Source: Mycolicibacterium smegmatis (GTDB taxonomy: Bacteria; Actinomycetota; Actinomycetes; Mycobacteriales; Mycobacteriaceae). From it: a stretch of DNA of 32,000 nucleotides. The translations under genes were made by a program, and so were the position numbers. How positions within the stretch are numbered: the stretch's first letter is position 1; each line of letters opens with the position of its first letter. The notes beneath the pieces were generated by a model, which did not search any database, was not told the DNA's origin, and saw only the letters and a list, made by a program, of their open reading frames with translations. This document shows positions 28,502 through 32,000 of the stretch, one piece after another. The DNA is taken from the NCBI RefSeq assembly GCF_001457595.1, contig NZ_LN831039.1, positions 6,570,001 to 6,602,000 on the forward strand. Reading direction: 5' to 3'.

Positions 28502-29455
28502 GTGGAGTTCATCAGCGCCCACCAGCACATGCGGGTGGGCGTTGATGGTCTCAAGTGGGGTGTCGAGTCGATGTGCGCTGTGCTTTCCGAGTACGGCGTC
28601 ACGATCGCCCCGTCGACGTATTACGCCCACCGCGCCCGTCAGGGCCCCTCGAAAGCCGACTGGGCCGATGCGCAGGTGATCGATGCGATCTGGCAGCTTC
28701 GCCAATCGCAGAGTCTGTACCGAGTCCTGGGCGCTCGTAAGACATGGATTGTATTGCGCACCAATGGTATCGACGTATCGCGCTGTGTCGTGGAACGGGT
28801 CATGCGGGAGATGGGTTGGCGGGGTGCGTGCAAGCGCCGGCGGGTGCGCACCACCGTCGCCGATCCGGCAGCGACGCGAGCCCCGGATCGGGTCCGGCGT
28901 AATTTCGTCGCCGGTGCGCCTGACCGATTGTGGGTGGCCGATTTCACCTACTGCCGGACTCGTGCCGGCTGGGCCTACACGGCGTTCGTCACCGATGTCT
29001 ATGCCCGCAAGATCGTGGGTTGGAAGGTGGCTACCGAGATGACCCAGAAGCTGGTGACCGATGCGATCGACCACGCTATCGACACCAGAAAGCGTTCGGG
29101 TGCAGCATCTTTGGATTCACTTATCCACCACAGCGACGCGGGCTCGCAATACACCGCGGTCGCGTTCACCGAACGTCTGGCCGCTGAGGGGATCCTGCCT
29201 TCAGTCGGATCCGTCGGGGATAGTTTCGATAATGCTCTGGCCGAATCGGTGAACAGCAGCTACAAGACCGAACTCATCGACCGCCAGCCGCTCTATCCCG
29301 GTGCCACCGAACTGGCGCTGGGGACCGCCGAATGGGTGGCCTTCTACAACCGTCAGCGACCCAACGGCTACTGCCAGGACCTGACCCCCGATCGGGCCGA
29401 AGCGCTCTACTACCATCGCCAACGGCACCCTCATGCCGAGGAGGCACTCAGATAA
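28502..29455 (+). CDS. IS6110-like transposase OrfB (DDE integrase domain), probably expressed as an OrfAB fusion by a -1 frameshift
   Basis: It is in the -1 frame relative to OrfA, and that frame is open back to at least 28442. DDE blocks 'LWVADFTYCRT', 'LIHHSDAGSQYT' and 'DNALAESVNSSYKTELI'. Confidence 0.88.
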   Translation: MEFISAHQHMRVGVDGLKWGVESMCAVLSEYGVTIAPSTYYAHRARQGPSKADWADAQVIDAIWQLRQSQSLYRVLGARKTWIVLRTNGIDVSRCVVERVMREMGWRGACKRRRVRTTVADPAATRAPDRVRRNFVAGAPDRLWVADFTYCRTRAGWAYTAFVTDVYARKIVGWKVATEMTQKLVTDAIDHAIDTRKRSGAASLDSLIHHSDAGSQYTAVAFTERLAAEGILPSVGSVGDSFDNALAESVNSSYKTELIDRQPLYPGATELALGTAEWVAFYNRQRPNGYCQDLTPDRAEALYYHRQRHPHAEEALR

Positions 29456-29485
29456 GAGAACCTCCCGACATGCCGGGGCGGATCA
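29456..29485. repeat. Right IR of the nested IS6110-like element
   Basis: The reverse complement is 'tgatccgccccggcatgtcgggaggttctc'. Confidence 0.85.
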
Positions 29486-29543
29486 CACCCCAGCCGAGTT
29501 TGCCCTACAGTGGGCCACGACCCATCAACCGAAAGTCGCATAG

Positions 29544-29572
29544 CGACTGGACCACCAAACGGGTCCCCCTCA
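29544..29572. repeat. Right terminal inverted repeat of the outer IS3-family element
   Basis: 'cgactggaccaccaaacgggtccccctca', starting immediately after the restored OrfB stop (29541-29543). Confidence 0.7.
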
Positions 29573-29786
29573 GCCAGCGTCATTACCGGCACCAGACCGG
29601 CGCACGACACGAGATGGGCATCATCGAAGACCGCCGACGACGCAGCGAACCTATGGGACACTTTCACCGGAAGTGCCTTTCGAAGTTGTGCCGATAAGTG
29701 CCTAGAGAACACTCATCATCACAGCTCAGAAGGCACTTTCCTCGTCACGACACCCTGCGACCAGCCAATTCATCGGTGGATCGAGG

Positions 29787-30290
29787 CTAAATGCTCGATG
29801 GCAGAGCGGTATAGGACACGATGCGCGCACCGTTCTCGACCAGGTTGAGCGGCAAAGGATCCCGTCCCCACAGACTGCACACCCACAGTGCGCGTGAGCG
29901 CGCTGCACCGTGCACAGACCGAAGTCGCACCGTCGCATCTGAATGAGGGACGATGCGGCCACGCCAATCCGCGCGTGTACCAGAAGCACTGTCCTGCAAG
30001 GCGTCTGCGAGAGCAGCCGAGACCGAGGCCGCCCACGCCGGGGCGGCGGCTGCCGGTAGTGCAGCCACCTCGAACGCCGACCACAGATCAGGCGGCAGCG
30101 TCTCATCGAACCCTTCCGGGCACACTCCGGAGTACCCGACGCGCGATACGACCATCTTGGCGACCGTGGTCCCCGCGACGTGGTCGAGCACACCCTGGCG
30201 GTCTTCACCGTCCCACAGCAACGCCGCCGTGGCCGCAGAAATGGTCTGTTCGGCTGCGCGCTCTAAAATCGCCCAGTCAACTGCCATCAT
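29787..30290 (-). CDS. Hypothetical 167-aa protein translationally coupled to the upstream Pro/Gly/Ser-rich protein
   Basis: ATG 30290 overlaps the upstream TGA (ATGA). 'MMAVDWAILERAAEQTISAATAALLWDGEDRQGVLDH...'. I recognise no family. GC3 is only moderate. Confidence 0.55.
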   Translation of the reverse strand: MMAVDWAILERAAEQTISAATAALLWDGEDRQGVLDHVAGTTVAKMVVSRVGYSGVCPEGFDETLPPDLWSAFEVAALPAAAAPAWAASVSAALADALQDSASGTRADWRGRIVPHSDATVRLRSVHGAARSRALWVCSLWGRDPLPLNLVENGARIVSYTALPSSI

Positions 30291-32000
30291 GATCCCCCGC
30301 CCCATGGGGTGCTCACGATCTGCATCGCCAGATAAGCGATGTCGGCATACTTGATGTCCGGGCCGTTGTCCGGGTTCCACAACAGCAACAGTTCAGTCAG
30401 ACGAGCCAAATCGTGGCAGGCCAACACATACGGCGAGGCCACCTCGTTGCCGGCTAACCACCCCGGCCGCATGGCAGAGCCGTTCGCCGCCGCGGTCACC
30501 GATTCCGCCTCCAGTGCTCTCCACCGATCGTGTGACACCGGCAACCCGTTGCCCAATAGCTGCAGAATCTCCCGAATCACCGGCGACACCGCAAGATCTC
30601 GAACCGATCCCGCACGCCCCAACGCCATTTCAGCCGCCGACAGCGTTGTGCGCCACGCTTCGGATCGGTCCGGCAGTGGGCCCTCACCGAATCCGGTCAG
30701 CCGAGCGTATTCGGCACGGTTCAAGGTCTCCAACCGGTGGCTGTGTGTGTCGTCGAGCGGTGAGGGCGGCGCACCATCAGAGATCGGCGACAGAGACCGC
30801 GAGCAGTCTTCATAGTGCTCGATCACCGACCGCGCCGGCATCGATGAGCCCCCGAGATCCGTCGAGACCGCCAACGCCCACAACTCGATATCCGAACGGT
30901 GCTCAGAGGCCAACTTCGCATACGCCAGCATCGTCTCGGCCGGATTCGCCCAACTGAACCACCGCGCCCGAAACTCTGGTGGGAGCCCGCCATCGGCGAA
31001 CAACATCCGCGCCGACCGCGGCACAAACACCCCCGCTGGGAGGTAACCGGCACCCTCGCTGTTGACGATCAACGTCTCCACACCCGAGGACGTGCGGAAC
31101 ACACCCACACACCAATCCATGTACGGATACGCCCTGGAATCGTGCAACAGCTGATACAGCAACTGAGAAGCACTCGCCAGCAACGGGTCTGGCAGCGAGG
31201 AGCGGATCGCTTCGCTCGCAGCTCCCGCCGAAGCGCCCACACCGGAGCCCACCACCCCCGGCGGCAACGGCGCCACCGGGCCGGCAGAAGACCCACCACC
31301 ACCAGTCGGTGCGGTCGGCGCCGGCGCAGGACCGGCCGACGGTGTCACCGCGGCAGCCGGTGTCGCAGACCGCGCCACATCAGACCCGAACGGCGGCAGC
31401 GGCCCCATCGGGGCCGCCGGCACACCCGCCGAACCCACAGACCCCACCCCAGGACTTGCCGGCGCCGAAGACGGAACCGCCGGAGCCGACGACGCAGCCG
31501 AACCCGCAGCGACCGTCGACGGCGTCGCCCCCGCCGGAGCCGAAGGCACCCCAGAGGGAACAGCACTACCCGGTGAGCCCGTCGGCTGCGGAGAAACCGG
31601 CGGTGCAAATGTCGCCGGTCCGCCACCAGCGCTCAAACCAGCGCTCAAACCACGAGAAAAGTCCGACGGCGCACCAGCCGATGTCGACAACGGCGACTGC
31701 GGAAGGCCGCCGGCCCCCGGTACACCGCCACTGCTGGGCATGCCCGCACTGCCCAAACCGCCCGGCGAGCTCAACCCCTGAGTCGGCAGCCCGCCCGAAC
31801 CCAAACCGCTTGGCGCCGACGGCATCTTCGGAACACCGCCACTACCAAGGCTGCCTGCCGACCCCAGAGACGAAGCAGACGAACCACCGCCACCACTCAC
31901 GGGCAGTGCTGTTGGTGCTGGAGGGCCATCCTCGCTTGACTGCAAGCCATGACCACGTCTGTCACTTGGTGTGGGTGTGGCCCCTTCACCTTGGCTGGTG
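30287..32000 (-). CDS. Pro/Gly/Ser-rich protein with a conserved-looking about 300-aa C-terminal globular domain (5'-partial; ESX-associated-like)
   Basis: The reading frame is open from the stop at 30287-30289 to the window edge, so the TTG at 31945 in the ORF track is not necessarily the start. Low-complexity G/S/P/A region covers ~31207-32000. The globular domain begins 'LLYQLLHDSRAYPYMDWCVGVFRTSSGVETLIVNSEGAGYLPAGVFVPRS...'. Confidence 0.7.
   Translation of the reverse strand, partial: TSQGEGATPTPSDRRGHGLQSSEDGPPAPTALPVSGGGGSSASSLGSAGSLGSGGVPKMPSAPSGLGSGGLPTQGLSSPGGLGSAGMPSSGGVPGAGGLPQSPLSTSAGAPSDFSRGLSAGLSAGGGPATFAPPVSPQPTGSPGSAVPSGVPSAPAGATPSTVAAGSAASSAPAVPSSAPASPGVGSVGSAGVPAAPMGPLPPFGSDVARSATPAAAVTPSAGPAPAPTAPTGGGGSSAGPVAPLPPGVVGSGVGASAGAASEAIRSSLPDPLLASASQLLYQLLHDSRAYPYMDWCVGVFRTSSGVETLIVNSEGAGYLPAGVFVPRSARMLFADGGLPPEFRARWFSWANPAETMLAYAKLASEHRSDIELWALAVSTDLGGSSMPARSVIEHYEDCSRSLSPISDGAPPSPLDDTHSHRLETLNRAEYARLTGFGEGPLPDRSEAWRTTLSAAEMALGRAGSVRDLAVSPVIREILQLLGNGLPVSHDRWRALEAESVTAAANGSAMRPGWLAGNEVASPYVLACHDLARLTELLLLWNPDNGPDIKYADIAYLAMQIVSTPWGGGS

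Larger units (their letters stand above)
28122..29485 (+). mobile_element. IS6110/IS1137-like IS3-family element (1364 bp), nested, apparently intact
   Basis: Terminal IRs of about 28-30 nt have 14 perfect terminal bases (tgatccgccccggc). A 3-bp direct repeat CAC flanks the element at 28119-28121 and 29486-29488. The OrfA/OrfB proteins closely resemble IS6110 as I recall it. Confidence 0.88.
26957..29572 (+). mobile_element. IS3-family insertion sequence (outer element, about 1249 bp of its own), disrupted by a nested IS
   Basis: Imperfect terminal IRs. Left 26957-26986 is 'tgaggtgagccccctgtagtggtccagtcg'. The reverse complement of 29544-29572 is 'tgagggggacccgtttggtggtccagtcg'. OrfA/OrfB are arranged with a -1 frameshift and carry a DDE transposase. 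No flanking direct repeat was seen. Confidence 0.8.

Noticed and set aside
29431-29848. Small ORFs in the IS right flank (29431-29712 -, 29510-29848 +, 29332-29697 +)
   Set aside because: They cross IS ends and the restored OrfB tail and have no motifs, so they are most likely non-coding.
30339-31626. Plus-strand ORFs (for example 30899-31576, Arg-rich) antisense to the Pro/Gly/Ser-rich gene
   Set aside because: A poly-Arg/Pro translation is what the complement of a Gly/Ser/Pro-coding repeat produces. It is not credible as a protein.

Overview
This is a high-GC (about 65-70%) actinobacterial chromosome segment. It is almost certainly a fast-growing Mycobacterium / Mycolicibacterium. The supporting signals are an IS6110/IS1137-like IS3 element, an Rv0121-type PPOX protein, translationally coupled TreS-Pep2, and ESX-type secretion motifs.

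Positions 1-24.4 kb are ordinary core metabolism and transport:
- glgX
- a MarR + DrrAB-like ABC efflux operon
- a tandem acyl-CoA dehydrogenase pair
- a DHA2 MFS pump carrying a C-terminal MarR-like extension
- treS-pep2 (the maltose-1-phosphate branch of alpha-glucan synthesis)
- a HugZ/DUF2470-like protein and a phosphoribosyltransferase
- a four-gene ABC importer with a lipoprotein binding protein
- an F420/PPOX-family protein
- a TetR-flanked four-gene membrane operon: two paralogous polytopic proteins plus orphan cytochrome-oxidase subunit III- and IV-like proteins
- an alpha/beta hydrolase

Positions 24.5-32 kb are accessory DNA.
- First comes a tightly coupled three-gene cassette. Gene 1 is a 94-aa EspC/DUF2580-like helical protein with a C-terminal YxxxD motif. 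Gene 2 is a 430-aa protein with a WxG-bearing helical N-domain, a beta-rich middle and a double glycine-zipper hydrophobic C-terminus. Gene 3 is an ATGA-overlapped 4-TM + PH-like protein.
- I read this cassette as an orphan ESX (type VII)-dependent polymorphic membrane toxin with its immunity partner. Its payload and immunity half has clearly lower GC.
- Next comes a nested IS pile-up. An IS6110-like element with a CAC target duplication has inserted into the transposase of another IS3-family element.
- Last is a convergent pair: a small protein coupled to a Pro/Gly/Ser-rich protein that runs off the window.

I saw no rRNA, tRNA or CRISPR. All function calls rest on motif recognition by eye; no database search was possible.
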